Shown: positions 28,666 to 39,152 of the stretch, piece by piece | Layout: each line of letters opens with the position of its first letter | How positions within the stretch are numbered: the first letter of the stretch is position 1 | Assembly: GCA_964585855.1 (NCBI GenBank) | Contig: CAZPFK010000003.1 | Span: forward strand, 22,092-86,091 | Length of the DNA: 64,000 nucleotides | Origin: an uncultured Vicinamibacteraceae bacterium | GTDB taxonomy: Bacteria; Planctomycetota; Phycisphaerae; Phycisphaerales; UBA5793 | Reading direction: 5' to 3' | Made by a program: the position numbers and the translations under genes | Notes under the pieces: generated by a model | Seen by the model: only the letters and a program-made list of their open reading frames with translations | Database searches by the model: none | Told to the model about the DNA's origin: nothing

Positions 28666-29088
28666 CTACTCGGTCTGCCCCTGGTGCCGTTCGAGATAAT
28701 CCTTCAGGATCACCGTCGCCGCCAGTGCGTCGCGCTGGTCCTTCTTCGCCCCGTGCGTCAGGCCCGAGCCCGCCAGCGCCTGGTCGGCCGCAAAGGTCGT
28801 CAGCCGCTCATCCTGCAGGTGGACGGGCAGTTCCGTGCGCGCGCTGAGGCGCTCGGCGATCTCCATGATTCGCCGCGCCGCCGGGCCGTGGCTGCCGTCC
28901 ATGTTGACCGGCAACCCGATGACGATCTCGTCCGGGCCGTACTCCTCGACGGCTGCGGCGAGTCGATCCAGCAGCGTCTCCGCCCGATCGGTCACGATGA
29001 AGCCGACCGGCCCCGCCGTCCCCGCCTCGGTCGAGGCCATGGCGATGCCCGTCCGCTTCCCGCCGATGTCAAAACACAGCAATCGCAT
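28666..29088 (-). CDS. ruvX: Holliday junction resolvase-like nuclease RuvX (YqgF)
   Basis: MRLLCFDIGGKRTGIAMAS is the family N-terminus. The track ORF starts 15 nt further upstream (29103), inside ruvC. Confidence 0.85.
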   Translation of the reverse strand: MRLLCFDIGGKRTGIAMASTEAGTAGPVGFIVTDRAETLLDRLAAAVEEYGPDEIVIGLPVNMDGSHGPAARRIMEIAERLSARTELPVHLQDERLTTFAADQALAGSGLTHGAKKDQRDALAATVILKDYLERHQGQTE

Positions 29089-29092
29089 GTGC

Positions 29093-29599
29093 TTACGCTC
29101 CATCCGCCCCGACCGGGTCCAGCGCCAGACGCCGAGCGGCCGTCAGCGCGATCGCCAGCGCATCGGCCACATCCGGCGGCTCGGGGATCGCCCCAAGCCG
29201 GAGTTGTTCGGTCACGGCATGTTGAATCTGGCTTTTGGAGGCGTGGCCCGAGCCCGTGATCGCCTTCTTGATCTCCGTCGCCGCCGTTTCGTGAATCTCC
29301 ACGCCTCGCCGCTGGGCGGCCAGAAGGATGACACCCCGGGCGTGCGCCATCTTGACGGCCGTCTGCGGATGTGCGTAATGCGAGTACAGGCGCTCCACGA
29401 CCATCCGCGCCGGCCTCAGACGCTCAATCAGCTCCTCCAGGTCACGGAAGAGTTCGCCGATGCGGGCGCTTACGGGCGTCCGACGGTCCAGCCGGATCGC
29501 CCCGGCTTCGATGACCGTGGGGTCCAGCATTCCCGGTTGTGCCTCAAGGCACGCATAGCCCGTTATCAGGCTGCCGGGGTCGATGCCGAGGATCCGCAT
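29093..29599 (-). CDS. ruvC: Crossover junction endodeoxyribonuclease RuvC
   Basis: MRILGIDPGSLITGYACLE and ...GHASKSQIQHAV...PPDVADALAIAL match RuvC. Confidence 0.9.
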   Translation of the reverse strand: MRILGIDPGSLITGYACLEAQPGMLDPTVIEAGAIRLDRRTPVSARIGELFRDLEELIERLRPARMVVERLYSHYAHPQTAVKMAHARGVILLAAQRRGVEIHETAATEIKKAITGSGHASKSQIQHAVTEQLRLGAIPEPPDVADALAIALTAARRLALDPVGADGA

Positions 29600-29602
29600 G
29601 GG

Positions 29603-30415
29603 TTATTGTAGTGCGGCGGCCGGCTGGGCCGTTGCGGCCAGGATACCGGTGCGGCGGAAGACCGTGTCCGACTCGACCAGCCCGTCGCGAAGCCGGACGA
29701 TGCGCTCGCAGCGTTCGGCGATGGAGTCGTCGTGGGTGACCATCACGATCGTCAGCCCCTTTTCCTGGTGCAGGCGGTCAAAGAGGGAGAGGATCGCCTT
29801 GCCGGTCGTCGAATCGAGGTTGCCCGTGGGTTCGTCGGCAAGGACGAACTGCGGATCATTCACCAGCGCCCGGGCGATCGCCGCCCGCTGCTGCTGACCG
29901 CCCGAAAGTTCACTGGGCCGATGGTTCAAGCGATCGCCGAGGCCGACGGCATCAAGCAGTTCCGCTGCCCGGCGGGTTCGTTCAACCGGGGAGATCTGCT
30001 GATAGAAGAGCGGCACCGCGACATTCTGCGCAATCGTGAGGGCCGGGATCAGGTTGAAGGCCTGGAAGACAAAGCCGATCAACTGCCCCCGGACATGCGA
30101 GAGTTCATCGTCATCCAGCGATGCGACGTTCTTCTCCGCGAGAATGAACTCGCCCTTTGTCGGCCGGTCGAGGCAGCCGAGGATGTTCATCAGCGTGGAC
30201 TTGCCGCTGCCGGAGGCGCCCATGATCGCGACGTACTCGCCGCGTCTGAAGTTGAGGTCGATGGATTTCAGGGCCTCGACGAGGATGTCGCCGTTGGGCT
30301 TGTAGTAGGTCTTGTTCACCCCGCGCAGACGAATGACCGCGTCTGAGGCGTCGGGAACGGGAGAATCTGTCGGCATCGAGGCGCGTGACATGCCTGCAAG
30401 TGTATCGGTTTCCAT
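29603..30415 (-). CDS. ABC transporter ATP-binding protein (LolD/MacB/FtsE-like)
   Basis: Walker A GASGSGKST, signature LSGGQQQRAAIARAL and Walker B VLADEPTGNLD are present. Confidence 0.85.
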   Translation of the reverse strand: METDTLAGMSRASMPTDSPVPDASDAVIRLRGVNKTYYKPNGDILVEALKSIDLNFRRGEYVAIMGASGSGKSTLMNILGCLDRPTKGEFILAEKNVASLDDDELSHVRGQLIGFVFQAFNLIPALTIAQNVAVPLFYQQISPVERTRRAAELLDAVGLGDRLNHRPSELSGGQQQRAAIARALVNDPQFVLADEPTGNLDSTTGKAILSLFDRLHQEKGLTIVMVTHDDSIAERCERIVRLRDGLVESDTVFRRTGILAATAQPAAALQ

Positions 30416-30448
30416 CGCTTGCGGCGTCCGAAGCCCGGCGCCTGCCTC

Positions 30449-30757
30449 TCAGGGGCTCTCCCGCGTCTCGCCGTCGAGCCGCCGGCCGCACTCCGGGCAT
30501 TTCAGGCCGCACAGGGAGTGGTCGCATCCCGGGCAGCGGAAATTCTGAACTCGGGAGCGGGAGAGAAAGTCGAGCGATTCAAGGACAGTCCAGATGATCA
30601 GGCAGGTGAGTCCCCATGTCATGCCGAGGCGTATGCCTGTCTCTGGCCCGACGTTCGTACGAAAAGCGCTAAAGTACAACAGTACACAGAATCCGAGTCC
30701 CGCAACAGCCGTTGCAAGGAACGCAATTCGATATCTCATTGCAAACGACCTTTGCAA
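30449..30757 (-). CDS. Small membrane protein with a C-terminal zinc-ribbon (CPGC...CPEC)
   Basis: Two hydrophobic helices are followed by FRCPGCDHSLCGLKCPECGRRL. It lies at the edge of a lower-GC stretch. The start may be the Met at 30739. Confidence 0.45.
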   Translation of the reverse strand: MQRSFAMRYRIAFLATAVAGLGFCVLLYFSAFRTNVGPETGIRLGMTWGLTCLIIWTVLESLDFLSRSRVQNFRCPGCDHSLCGLKCPECGRRLDGETRESP

Positions 30758-30813
30758 TGGCCGGGGAACAACTCCGTCTGGGATTCACCACCAAACCAGA
30801 GTGAGACTGGAGT

Positions 30814-31581
30814 CTACTGGGGAGGATTCTCACAGCAGATTGCGAATATGCCACTACTGTAGCCGCCGCAACAAGCATAGTACCCCGTGCCGCAGGTGAC
30901 GGACTTTGAGTATTCTCCATCAACGATCGTGCAACTGGTTGCGCCCGGACCGCCGCCTGTGCATTGCTCCCAAGGGTTTGCTCCGGCCGGAGGCACGACT
31001 CCCGTGAAGCCTGCCGCGTCAAGCAGGAATGCCCACTGATCGCGATGCACGCCTGTGTCAAGAGCCCAGAGGTCTTCAAGCAACGTATCGATCTGCTCGT
31101 CGGTGAAATCTCGTGCCTGTACACCGATCACAGGGATCACGTGTTCTGCATCCGGCTTCTCCCGGATGATCGGATGATCAAGCGAAAGGTAAAGGCTTGT
31201 GGCTTCTCCATCGCCCTGGGACGGGGAAATGGTCAACATCAGTCCGTGGAGCGATCCGCCCGTAGAGTCCGCTGTCACCGCAAGCGGCCCTTGGACTCGT
31301 CCCGGTTCCATCATCACGCCCTCGCGAGGGGTCGCAGCCAGGATGCGCCACCGTTTGCCGTCGACAGGTATCTCAAGATTCTGATAAACGATCACTCGCC
31401 CGCCGTCTTCAACGACGACCATCGCATGTCCGGTTCCGGTGAAATGGCGGTACGTGTCCGTTGCGGCAGTCGCCATGGTGCCGGAATCTGCAATGAGTTT
31501 TGAAGACTCTGAACGGGCTGTTACCACTGCGGCCATTGAGAAGGAAAGGGTGAAAAACGCTCTTGCTGCGAATCGACGCAT
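30814..31581 (-). CDS. Secreted hypothetical protein with a Gly/Cys-rich C-terminal module
   Basis: Signal-like N-terminus MRRFAARAFFTLSFSMAAVVTA, with AAGGGA 8 nt upstream of the ATG. The last ~50 aa are QCTGGGPGATSCTIVDGEYSKSVTCGTGYYACCGGYSSGIFAICCENPPQ (7 Cys). Local G+C is about 50%. Confidence 0.55.
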   Translation of the reverse strand: MRRFAARAFFTLSFSMAAVVTARSESSKLIADSGTMATAATDTYRHFTGTGHAMVVVEDGGRVIVYQNLEIPVDGKRWRILAATPREGVMMEPGRVQGPLAVTADSTGGSLHGLMLTISPSQGDGEATSLYLSLDHPIIREKPDAEHVIPVIGVQARDFTDEQIDTLLEDLWALDTGVHRDQWAFLLDAAGFTGVVPPAGANPWEQCTGGGPGATSCTIVDGEYSKSVTCGTGYYACCGGYSSGIFAICCENPPQ

Positions 31582-31769
31582 GATGTGATCCCTTTGGATG
31601 CTGAGGACAAGTAGTTATTCTGCTATCGACCAGCTGCTTTACGCACTCTACTGGGCGAATGGCCTTCCGTCAACCCTGAATTGCGATATCCAGGCCTTTG
31701 AAAGTCTAAGTGCAATAGTTCCAGAGAGATACGAATGTGCAAATCGGGATGCACGCGGGGGCAGGTCGA

Positions 31770-32120
31770 TCAATCGCCTCTCTCGGTGGCCAGTTGCAGC
31801 GCCGCCAGCGACAGCAATTTATCCGGATCGATCTGGAAGACCCGGTCAAGCCCCGTGATCTCCATCACCGAGGCGATGTCGCCGTTGAGGCAGCACAGTC
31901 GCATCGAGCCGTGAATCCGCTGCACCTCCTTGTGCAGGCGCAGCAGCTGCGAGAGGTTGGAACTGTTGATGTACTCCACATCGCGGAAGTTCAGCACCAC
32001 ATCGTGCGACTCATCCGACTGGCTCAGCTGATCCGTCAGCGCAAGCACATCCTCGCTGAGATCGGGCTCGTTCTGCAGATCGAGGATGATGATTCGTTCT
32101 GACCAGTCAAACGAAGGCAT
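31770..32120 (-). CDS. STAS-domain protein (anti-sigma factor antagonist family)
   Basis: 116 aa. VVLNFRDVEYINSSNLSQLLRLHKEV...LCCLNGDIASVMEITGLDRVF matches the SpoIIAA/RsbV-like layout. Confidence 0.75.
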   Translation of the reverse strand: MPSFDWSERIIILDLQNEPDLSEDVLALTDQLSQSDESHDVVLNFRDVEYINSSNLSQLLRLHKEVQRIHGSMRLCCLNGDIASVMEITGLDRVFQIDPDKLLSLAALQLATERGD

Positions 32121-32240
32121 GTGCAGGGGCTCCCGGTTCCTTTAACGCCGCCCAGCATACCAGATTTCACCCGCCAGGGGAATGGGCCCCGGCCCGGAAA
32201 GCGCTGGCAATGTGTAATTCGATGGCCGGGCGGGCGGGGT

Positions 32241-34853
32241 TCACGACTCGGCAGGGGGTGCTTCCGCATCGCCTTCGGAGTCCGAATCCACCACAATCGC
32301 CGCAGAAACCAGGTGGTCGCCTTCCTTCAGGTTGACCACTCGCACTCCCTGCGTCGCCCGGCCGATCCGGCTGATGCCCGAGGCGGCCGTCCGGACGATC
32401 ATGCCCAGTTCCGTGATGAAAAAGATGCTGTCCTCGTCAGAAACCGCAAGCGCACCCACGACTTTGCCGTTCCGCTTGCTGGTGCGGATGTCGGTCCGGC
32501 CCTTGCCGCCCCGGCTCTGTGCCCGGGTTGAGCCGTCCTCGGAGTGAACGAGGTACTCCTCCATCGCCGTGCGTTTCCCGTAGCCGTTCTCCGTGACCGT
32601 CAGAAGGTCGCGGGAGTTGTCAGCCCGGACCAGGGCGACGACCTCATCGCCCTCCTTCAGTTTGATGCCGCGCACGCCGGTGGCGTTCCGCCCCATCACC
32701 CGGACATCACTCTCGGGGAAACGGATCGCCATTCCGCCGGCTGTCGCCAGCAGCAGGTCATCTTCGCCGGAGGTCTGGATGACGTTGATCAGCCGGTCAT
32801 CTTCGCGGAGGTTGAGCGCGATGATGCCGGAGCGGTTGACGTTGCGGTACTCCTTCAGGGCCGTCCGCTTCACCGTTCCCGAGGAAGTCGCAAACGTCAG
32901 GAAGTCCTCGCTCTTTTCAAAATCGCGCACGGCCAGGAAGGTCTGCGCCTTCTCATCAGGACGCAGATCGATGATGTTAACGATGTTTCGGCCAAGCGAG
33001 GTCCGGCTCATCGCCGGGATCTCGTAGACCTTAAGTTTGAAGACGCGGCCCGTGTTGGTGAAGCAGAGCAGGTCATCGTGCGTGGAGGCGACAAAGAGGT
33101 GCTCGATGAAGTCGTTCTCACGCGCCTCGGAGCCCTTGATGCCCCGGCCGCCGCGCCCCTGTTCGCGATAGGTGTCCACGGCGACGCGCTTCACGTAGCC
33201 CTCGTGGCTGATGGTGACGACGCAGTCTTCCTCGGCAATCAGGTCCTCGTAGTGAATGTCCGCCGCGTCTTCCTCGATGCGGGTCAGCCGCTCCTGCGGG
33301 AACTTCTCGCGGATCTCCACGACGTCTTCACGCACGATGTCCAGCACGAGCGTGTGGTCGGCGAGGATCGCTTCGTACCCTTCGATCTCTTCGATGATCG
33401 AGCGGTAGTCCTCGACCAGCTTTTCGATCTCCAGGCCCACCAGCTGGATCAGTTGCAGGCGGCCGATCGCCTCGGCCTGCGTCTGCGTCAGGGCGGCACC
33501 GGCGTCGCTTGCCGCAACGACGAGCAGGCGTTCGGGGATGCGCGGGGCGTACTTGTGATCCCGGGCGATGCGGAAGCGACGCTCGATGAGTCTGCGGATC
33601 GCCTCTTCGCGGGTGGAGCTGCTGCGGATCAGCGCGATTACCTCGTCGATCTCACAGACGGCGTAGATGAGCGCCTCGAGCAGGTGGGCCTTCTTGCGCG
33701 CTTCCTGCAGCTGGTAGGCGGTGCGGCGGCGGATGACGTCAACACGATGATCGATGTAGGCGTCGATCATCTCCCGCAGCGAGAGCGTCCGCGGCTGGCC
33801 GTTGACCAGCGCGATGTTGATGATCGAGACAGTCGATTGCAGCGGCGTGTATTGGTAGAGCTGGTTCTCCACCAGATCGGCATCGGCGCCCTTCTTGAGT
33901 TCGACGACAATCCGCGTCCGCGCCTTGCGGCCCGACTCGTTGCGGACGTTGGAGATGTCGGTGATGCGCTCGGCTTTCACCGCCTCGATGATCTTCTCAA
34001 TCAGCGTGTTCTGCACCGTCTGGTAGGGAATCTCATCGATGACGATCTGCTGCCGGTTCGCGCCCTTCTCCTCCACATGCACCCGCCCGCGCAGCGCGAT
34101 CCGGCTCCGCCCCGTCGCATACGCCTCGTGAATGCCTGCCCGCCCGCAGATGATCCCTCCGGTCGGGAAGTCAGGCCCCGGCACGATCTCCATCAGCTCG
34201 GCAAGCGAAATCTCCGGATTATCAATCACCGCCTCGATTGCCCGGCAGATTTCTGAGAGATTGTGCGGCGGAATCGAGCACGCCATGCCGACGGCGATTC
34301 CCGTCGAACCGTTGACGAGGAGATTCGGAAGTTTGCTGGGCAGAACGACTGGTTCTTCCCGCGTGTCGTCGTAGTTGGCCTTGAAGTCAACGGTGTCGAG
34401 CTTCAAGTCCTCCAGCATGTACGAGGCCGCCTCGGTCATCCGCGCCTCGGTGTATCGCATGGCGGCCGGCGGGTCGCCGTCGATGGAGCCGAAGTTCCCC
34501 TGCTTGTCCACGAGCATCACGCGCATCACCCAGTCCTGCCCGAAACGAACCAGGGTGGGGTAGATGACGGCCTCGCCGTGGGGGTGGTAGTTGCCGGAGA
34601 CGTCGCCGCAGATCTTGGCGCACTTTCGATGCTTGGAGCGGGGGCCGAGGTTCAGGTCGTTCATCGCGACGAGGATGCGCCGCTGGCTGGGCTTGAGACC
34701 GTCGCGGACGTCGGGCAGGGCCCGGTCCGTGATCGTGCTCATCGCATAGGTCAGATAGGAATCCTGCAGCTCACGCTCGATCTGCAGGTCCAGAATCTGC
34801 CCGCCGGGCCCCGGAATGCCGATTCCATCGTGAATATCGGGCGTGTCAGCCAT
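32241..34853 (-). CDS. gyrA: DNA gyrase subunit A
   Basis: [39 protein letters not shown] and C-terminal beta-pinwheel repeats are present. 870 aa. Confidence 0.97.
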   Translation of the reverse strand: MADTPDIHDGIGIPGPGGQILDLQIERELQDSYLTYAMSTITDRALPDVRDGLKPSQRRILVAMNDLNLGPRSKHRKCAKICGDVSGNYHPHGEAVIYPTLVRFGQDWVMRVMLVDKQGNFGSIDGDPPAAMRYTEARMTEAASYMLEDLKLDTVDFKANYDDTREEPVVLPSKLPNLLVNGSTGIAVGMACSIPPHNLSEICRAIEAVIDNPEISLAELMEIVPGPDFPTGGIICGRAGIHEAYATGRSRIALRGRVHVEEKGANRQQIVIDEIPYQTVQNTLIEKIIEAVKAERITDISNVRNESGRKARTRIVVELKKGADADLVENQLYQYTPLQSTVSIINIALVNGQPRTLSLREMIDAYIDHRVDVIRRRTAYQLQEARKKAHLLEALIYAVCEIDEVIALIRSSSTREEAIRRLIERRFRIARDHKYAPRIPERLLVVAASDAGAALTQTQAEAIGRLQLIQLVGLEIEKLVEDYRSIIEEIEGYEAILADHTLVLDIVREDVVEIREKFPQERLTRIEEDAADIHYEDLIAEEDCVVTISHEGYVKRVAVDTYREQGRGGRGIKGSEARENDFIEHLFVASTHDDLLCFTNTGRVFKLKVYEIPAMSRTSLGRNIVNIIDLRPDEKAQTFLAVRDFEKSEDFLTFATSSGTVKRTALKEYRNVNRSGIIALNLREDDRLINVIQTSGEDDLLLATAGGMAIRFPESDVRVMGRNATGVRGIKLKEGDEVVALVRADNSRDLLTVTENGYGKRTAMEEYLVHSEDGSTRAQSRGGKGRTDIRTSKRNGKVVGALAVSDEDSIFFITELGMIVRTAASGISRIGRATQGVRVVNLKEGDHLVSAAIVVDSDSEGDAEAPPAES

Positions 34854-34982
34854 GGGGGGAGTACTCGCTGAATCCGGGCGGAAATCGAAGAAAAATCATA
34901 GGCGCGCCGGCTCGAAAACCGCCGTCTCGGCAGCCCTCATTCCTACCTTGATCGACCCGGATGATGCCGGCAGAATTGGTCC

Positions 34983-35432
34983 ATGAACCACTTGCCGTTT
35001 ATCGATGCAGCCCTCGAAGAGGCACTGAAGGGTCGGCTCGAAGGGGGCATTCCCATCGGCTCGGTGCTGGTCAACGCCCGGGGCGAGATCGTTGCAGGGG
35101 GTCACAACCTCCGAGTCCAGTCCGGCGACCCCACCGCTCACGCCGAGGTCGTCTGCATCCGCAATGCCGGGCGACGGCGGGACTGGCACGAGCTGACGCT
35201 CTACTCCACCCTCTCGCCCTGCCCGATGTGCTCGGGAACGGCGATCCTGTTTCGGATTCCCCGCGTGGTCCTGGGCGAGAACCGGACGTTTCAGGGGGCC
35301 GAGGAGTGGATGTGCCGGGAGGGCATCGAGGTTGTCAACCTCGACGATCAGCGCTGCGTGGAGATCATGCGGACCTTCATCCGCGAGCACCCCGATCTCT
35401 GGAACGAGGACATCGGCGTGCCGGAAGCGTGA
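34983..35432 (+). CDS. CDA-fold cytosine deaminase (yeast FCY1-like nucleoside/base deaminase)
   Basis: Zinc motifs HAEV and PCPMC are present. The sequence is collinear with Fcy1 as I recall it (GGIPIGSVL..., TLYSTLSPCPMCSGTAI..., IPRVVLGEN..., EHPDLWNEDIG). Confidence 0.75.
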   Translation: MNHLPFIDAALEEALKGRLEGGIPIGSVLVNARGEIVAGGHNLRVQSGDPTAHAEVVCIRNAGRRRDWHELTLYSTLSPCPMCSGTAILFRIPRVVLGENRTFQGAEEWMCREGIEVVNLDDQRCVEIMRTFIREHPDLWNEDIGVPEA

Positions 35433-35490
35433 CAGCAAGTCACAACAACCCGTGCAGGACTGCCGCCGCGCGAACGAACATGAAGACTTG

Positions 35491-35865
35491 TCAGGCTGCG
35501 GCCGCTGACGCCGTCGAGGAGGCCTTCGCCTTCTCGCACAACTGGTCGAAGACCTGCGGCGACTCGATCGCCAGTTGACTGAGCATCTTGCGGTTGAGCA
35601 GAACGCCGGACATCTGCAGCCCGTTGATGAACTGGCTGTAGCGCATGCCGCGCATCCGGCAGGCGGCCGAGATTCGCGTGATCCACAGGCGGCGGAAGTC
35701 GCGCTTCCGGGCGCGGCGGTCGCGGAAGGCGAACGCACCGGCACGCATCAGCGCCACCTTGGCCTGCTGCTTGTGACGGCTCTTGGTTCCGTAGTATCCG
35801 CGGGCGGCGCGGAGAAGGCGTTTGCGGGCGCGGGTACGGGCTGATCCCTTGCGGACACGAGGCAT
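35491..35865 (-). CDS. rplT: 50S ribosomal protein L20
   Basis: MPRVRKGSARTRARKRLLRAARGYYG...RRLWITRISAACR matches L20. Confidence 0.95.
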   Translation of the reverse strand: MPRVRKGSARTRARKRLLRAARGYYGTKSRHKQQAKVALMRAGAFAFRDRRARKRDFRRLWITRISAACRMRGMRYSQFINGLQMSGVLLNRKMLSQLAIESPQVFDQLCEKAKASSTASAAAA

Positions 35866-35960
35866 GGTCGAATCTCCCTTTCGCAGAGTCGGGGGCGATC
35901 AGTTGCAATCGCGCTTGGACACCCGATCCGCAGAAATGCTCATCTCAATACTTCGGCCGG

Positions 35961-36212
35961 TTACTCCGAGGCGGCCTCGGACTGCTGCTGCAGCTCGGGC
36001 CGACGGATCTTGAAGCCCAGCAATTGCTGCGCCCGCTTGCGCTCCACGTCTGCGAGGTAACTCGGCCGGCGAAGCTGGCGGTTCTGGCTGCTGGAATGCA
36101 GACTCTTACGGTGGCGGCCGCCCGTCGTGCCATGCTTGACATGACCGTTGCGGGTGATCTTCACGCGCTTGAGGAGTCCCTTGTGTGTCTTCTTCTTGGT
36201 GCCTGTAGCCAT
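35961..36212 (-). CDS. rpmI: 50S ribosomal protein L35 with a short C-terminal extension
   Basis: The internal Met at 36212 gives MATGTKKKTHKGLLKRVKITRNGHVKHGTTGGRHRK. The upstream part of the 138-aa track ORF is not credible as coding. No infC precedes it. Confidence 0.85.
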   Translation of the reverse strand: MATGTKKKTHKGLLKRVKITRNGHVKHGTTGGRHRKSLHSSSQNRQLRRPSYLADVERKRAQQLLGFKIRRPELQQQSEAASE

Positions 36213-36327
36213 GTTCCTGCCGCCTTTGCGCCCTTTCGGGCCTCGAAGTTCTGAGAAAAATGAGCCTGCAAGCCTAACCTGCCTCGTCGCGGAGTCAACC
36301 GCCTCGTCCCCGTCCGGAGCCTCCCTC

Positions 36328-38316
36328 GTGTCGTTTCTGACGCCCTGGTCAGCCCTCCTCGCCGCCCTGATCGCCATCCCGATCCTGCTGCTGCTCTACT
36401 TTCTCCGCCTCCGCCGTCAGCCCCAGACCGTTCCCTCCACCCTCCTCTGGCAGGCCGCCGTCCGAGACCTTCAGGCCAACGCCCCGTTTCAGCGCCTCCG
36501 CCTCTCCTGGCTCTTCTTCATCCAGTTGCTCATCCTGATCCTCCTGGCGATCGCCCTGGGAAGACCCCTCTTCGGCTCAGCCGACGCCGCTCCCGGCCGG
36601 GTCATCCTCATTCTCGACTCCTCCGCCTCCATGAAGGCCCGACTGCCCGGCCTCGACCGGAGCCGCTTCGACGTCGCCCTTGACGTCGCACAGGACGCCA
36701 TCGACCGCCTAGCCTCGGCCGGCAAGGAACCGGAAGTGATGATCATCACCGCCGGCCCCTCGGCCCGGGTCGTCTTTCCCCCCGCCACCGACCTCCGCGC
36801 TGCCCGCGCGACGCTCCAGAGTCTCACCCCCGTTGATGGTGAGGCCGCGCTTCAACCGGCGCTCCGACTCGCTGAGGCCTATGTCTCGGCCTCCAACGGC
36901 GAGACCGCCGCAGCCCCCGCTCATGTGATCGTCATCACCGACGGTCGGCCTGCCGGCGATCTGCTCCAGCCGCCTGAGTTCGCCTCCGTGGAGACGCTCA
37001 ACGTCCTTGAAGGCGTCGAAGGCGACCACGACAACGTCGGCATCGTCACCCTCGCAGCCCGGCGGGACTATGACGACCCGACGCTGCTGCGGCTCCTTGT
37101 GGGGCTGAGCAATTCCTCCGTCGAGGCGCAGACCGTCGCCCTCTCCCTGCGTCTGCCGCAGGGCGACCCGGTGGTCCGAAGCATCGAGATACCCCCAGCT
37201 GACTCAGAGGCAGGGATTCCGGGCGAGGCCGTCGTGCAGTTCGACCTGCCCGACCCGACGGTGGACACCGCCGCCGCTCCGATCCGCCTCTCTCACTCCC
37301 ATGCGGATCTGCTCGCAACTGACGACACCGCCACCCTGGTCGTTCAGCCGGTGGAGACCGGGGTCCTGCTGGTCGTGACCCCCGACGGGGCTCCGCTCTC
37401 CTGGCTTCAGCCGGTGCTCGACCTGATGGAGTTCGAGCGAATCGACCACCGCTCCGCCGCCGACTACAACGCCCTGGCCGACCTCCCGGCGCCTGAGCGT
37501 GCCGCACGACTTGCCGGCTACAGCCTCATTCTGCATCAGGCCGTCGCCCCGGCCTTCCTGCCGGACGTGCCGACGATGACCTTCGGAGCCGCTCCGCCGA
37601 TCCTTGATTTCGAGCGATTCTCGGCTGAGGGCGATGAACCCCTCTCACGCCGCGTGCTGGCGTGGGACCGGCGTCATCCGATTCTGCGGGATGTCGAACT
37701 CGCCGGCATCGTCGTCGCCGACCCCCACCGTCTGCGCATCCCGGAGACGACCGCCGAGGAACTGCTGATCGGTCAGGGCGGGCCGCTGGCGGCCGTGGCC
37801 AGGGTCGGGCGGACGCGCCACCTCGTCGCCGCCTTTGACCTCGTGAACACCAACTGGCCGCTGGATGTCAGTTTCGCAATCTTCATGCGCAACGCCGTGG
37901 ATGTCCTGCTGGGACAGGCCTCCGACCAGGCGGGCCGATGGTTCCGCATCGGCGATCGCGTGGAGGTGACCGCCGAGGCGGGCGTCGAGTCGCTGCGTCT
38001 CCGCAGTGAGGATGTCGATCTGCAGGTCGCAGCCGAGCCCTCCGGCTCGACGGTCCTGCCTCCCCTGGAACGCGTCGGCTTCTACACCGTGGAGGGCGCG
38101 ATCCCGACGGATCGCTTTCTCCCGATAAACCTCTGCAGCCCTTCGGAGTCAAACCTCCTCCCGGCCGAACTCGTCATCGAGTCCGCCGCCGCAACCGGCC
38201 CTCAGCCGCGCCTCTCAGAGTCCCCACGTGAAATCTGGCGATGGGCGGCTCTGGCGGCACTCGGGCTGCTCCTGCTGGAGTGGTGTCTGTACCTGTGGGT
38301 GACGCGCTCCCTGTGA
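36328..38316 (+). CDS. BatA-type (N-terminal double-transmembrane) VWA domain protein
   Basis: The GTG at 36328 gives VSFLTPWSALLAALIAIPILLLLYFLRLRRQPQTVPSTLLW (BatA_N-like). The MIDAS motif is ILDSSASM. There is a C-terminal helix. The track start at 36148 overlaps rpmI on the other strand. Confidence 0.7.
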   Translation: MSFLTPWSALLAALIAIPILLLLYFLRLRRQPQTVPSTLLWQAAVRDLQANAPFQRLRLSWLFFIQLLILILLAIALGRPLFGSADAAPGRVILILDSSASMKARLPGLDRSRFDVALDVAQDAIDRLASAGKEPEVMIITAGPSARVVFPPATDLRAARATLQSLTPVDGEAALQPALRLAEAYVSASNGETAAAPAHVIVITDGRPAGDLLQPPEFASVETLNVLEGVEGDHDNVGIVTLAARRDYDDPTLLRLLVGLSNSSVEAQTVALSLRLPQGDPVVRSIEIPPADSEAGIPGEAVVQFDLPDPTVDTAAAPIRLSHSHADLLATDDTATLVVQPVETGVLLVVTPDGAPLSWLQPVLDLMEFERIDHRSAADYNALADLPAPERAARLAGYSLILHQAVAPAFLPDVPTMTFGAAPPILDFERFSAEGDEPLSRRVLAWDRRHPILRDVELAGIVVADPHRLRIPETTAEELLIGQGGPLAAVARVGRTRHLVAAFDLVNTNWPLDVSFAIFMRNAVDVLLGQASDQAGRWFRIGDRVEVTAEAGVESLRLRSEDVDLQVAAEPSGSTVLPPLERVGFYTVEGAIPTDRFLPINLCSPSESNLLPAELVIESAAATGPQPRLSESPREIWRWAALAALGLLLLEWCLYLWVTRSL

Positions 38317-38319
38317 CGG

Positions 38320-39042
38320 CTACGCCTCGTCCTTCCCGAACCCGATGAAGGCGTTCCAGACCTGGGCGGCGAGCACGGCCCCGACGAGCGGAGCGACGTA
38401 ATACGCCCACCAGTTCCAGCCGGCGTTCTCAGCGAGAATCTGCGGACCGAAACTCCGGGCGGGATTCATCGATGCGCCGGTGACGGGGCCGATGGCGAGG
38501 ATCAGCGCTGCAACCGTCAGGCCGATGGCAAAACCGCCGACCATCGGTCCCTTGCCGACGCCGCGAGGGTCGACGGCGGAGCCGAGAATCGAAAACATCA
38601 GCAGGAAGGTCGCCGCGACCTCGAGAATCAGCAACGCCGTCAGGGAGACGGCCTCAGGGTTGGCCGGGAGCGTCGCTCCGAGGTTGCAGGCCTCGGCCGC
38701 CGAGGTTCCGTCGGCCAGGACGACGGAGTCGAAGCCGATCCGCAGCAGGAACGCGCCAAGGGTGGCGCCGGCCATCTGGCTGACGATGAACAGCCCCGTC
38801 TTCGCCGGCCCCTGTTTGCCAATTGAGAGCAGCGCGATGGAGACGGCGGGGTTGATCTGCCCGCCGGAAATGTGCATCGTCGCCGAGACAACGCAGGCGA
38901 GAATCAGCCCGTGGGCCAGCGCGATGCCGACGAGCCCGCCGCCGGTTCCTCCGGTTGTCAGAACAATCGCCGCGCCGCCGACGAACATCAGTGCGAAGGT
39001 GCCGACGAATTCCGCCACGCATCCACCCAGGATTCGCTTCAT
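38320..39042 (-). CDS. MIP family channel (aquaporin Z-like)
   Basis: Two NPA boxes are present (GGQINPAVS and GASMNPARS). The Met at 39042 gives MKRILGGCVAEFVGTFALMF. Confidence 0.9.
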   Translation of the reverse strand: MKRILGGCVAEFVGTFALMFVGGAAIVLTTGGTGGGLVGIALAHGLILACVVSATMHISGGQINPAVSIALLSIGKQGPAKTGLFIVSQMAGATLGAFLLRIGFDSVVLADGTSAAEACNLGATLPANPEAVSLTALLILEVAATFLLMFSILGSAVDPRGVGKGPMVGGFAIGLTVAALILAIGPVTGASMNPARSFGPQILAENAGWNWWAYYVAPLVGAVLAAQVWNAFIGFGKDEA

Positions 39043-39152
39043 AGTGACCTCTGCTCCGGTATGGGGTCCACGATTATCCGAAACGCCCCACATTCTAACC
39101 TTCAACGGCTCCTCCCGGCTCGGCGGTTGCGATTCCCCGATATGATCTTCTG

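Noticed and set aside
31598-31858. 86-aa plus-strand ORF in the AT-richer gap before the STAS gene
   Set aside because: Its 3' half is antisense to the well-supported STAS gene. It has no RBS and no recognisable features. The gap more likely holds promoters for the flanking minus-strand genes.
36148-36327. N-terminal extensions of several track ORFs (36148 for the VWA gene, 15574, 17740, 57079, 61156, 51340, 39204, 5460)
   Set aside because: The extensions overlap neighbouring genes or regulatory RNA, are low-complexity, and precede internal starts. Those internal starts give canonical family N-termini or signal peptides, often with an RBS.
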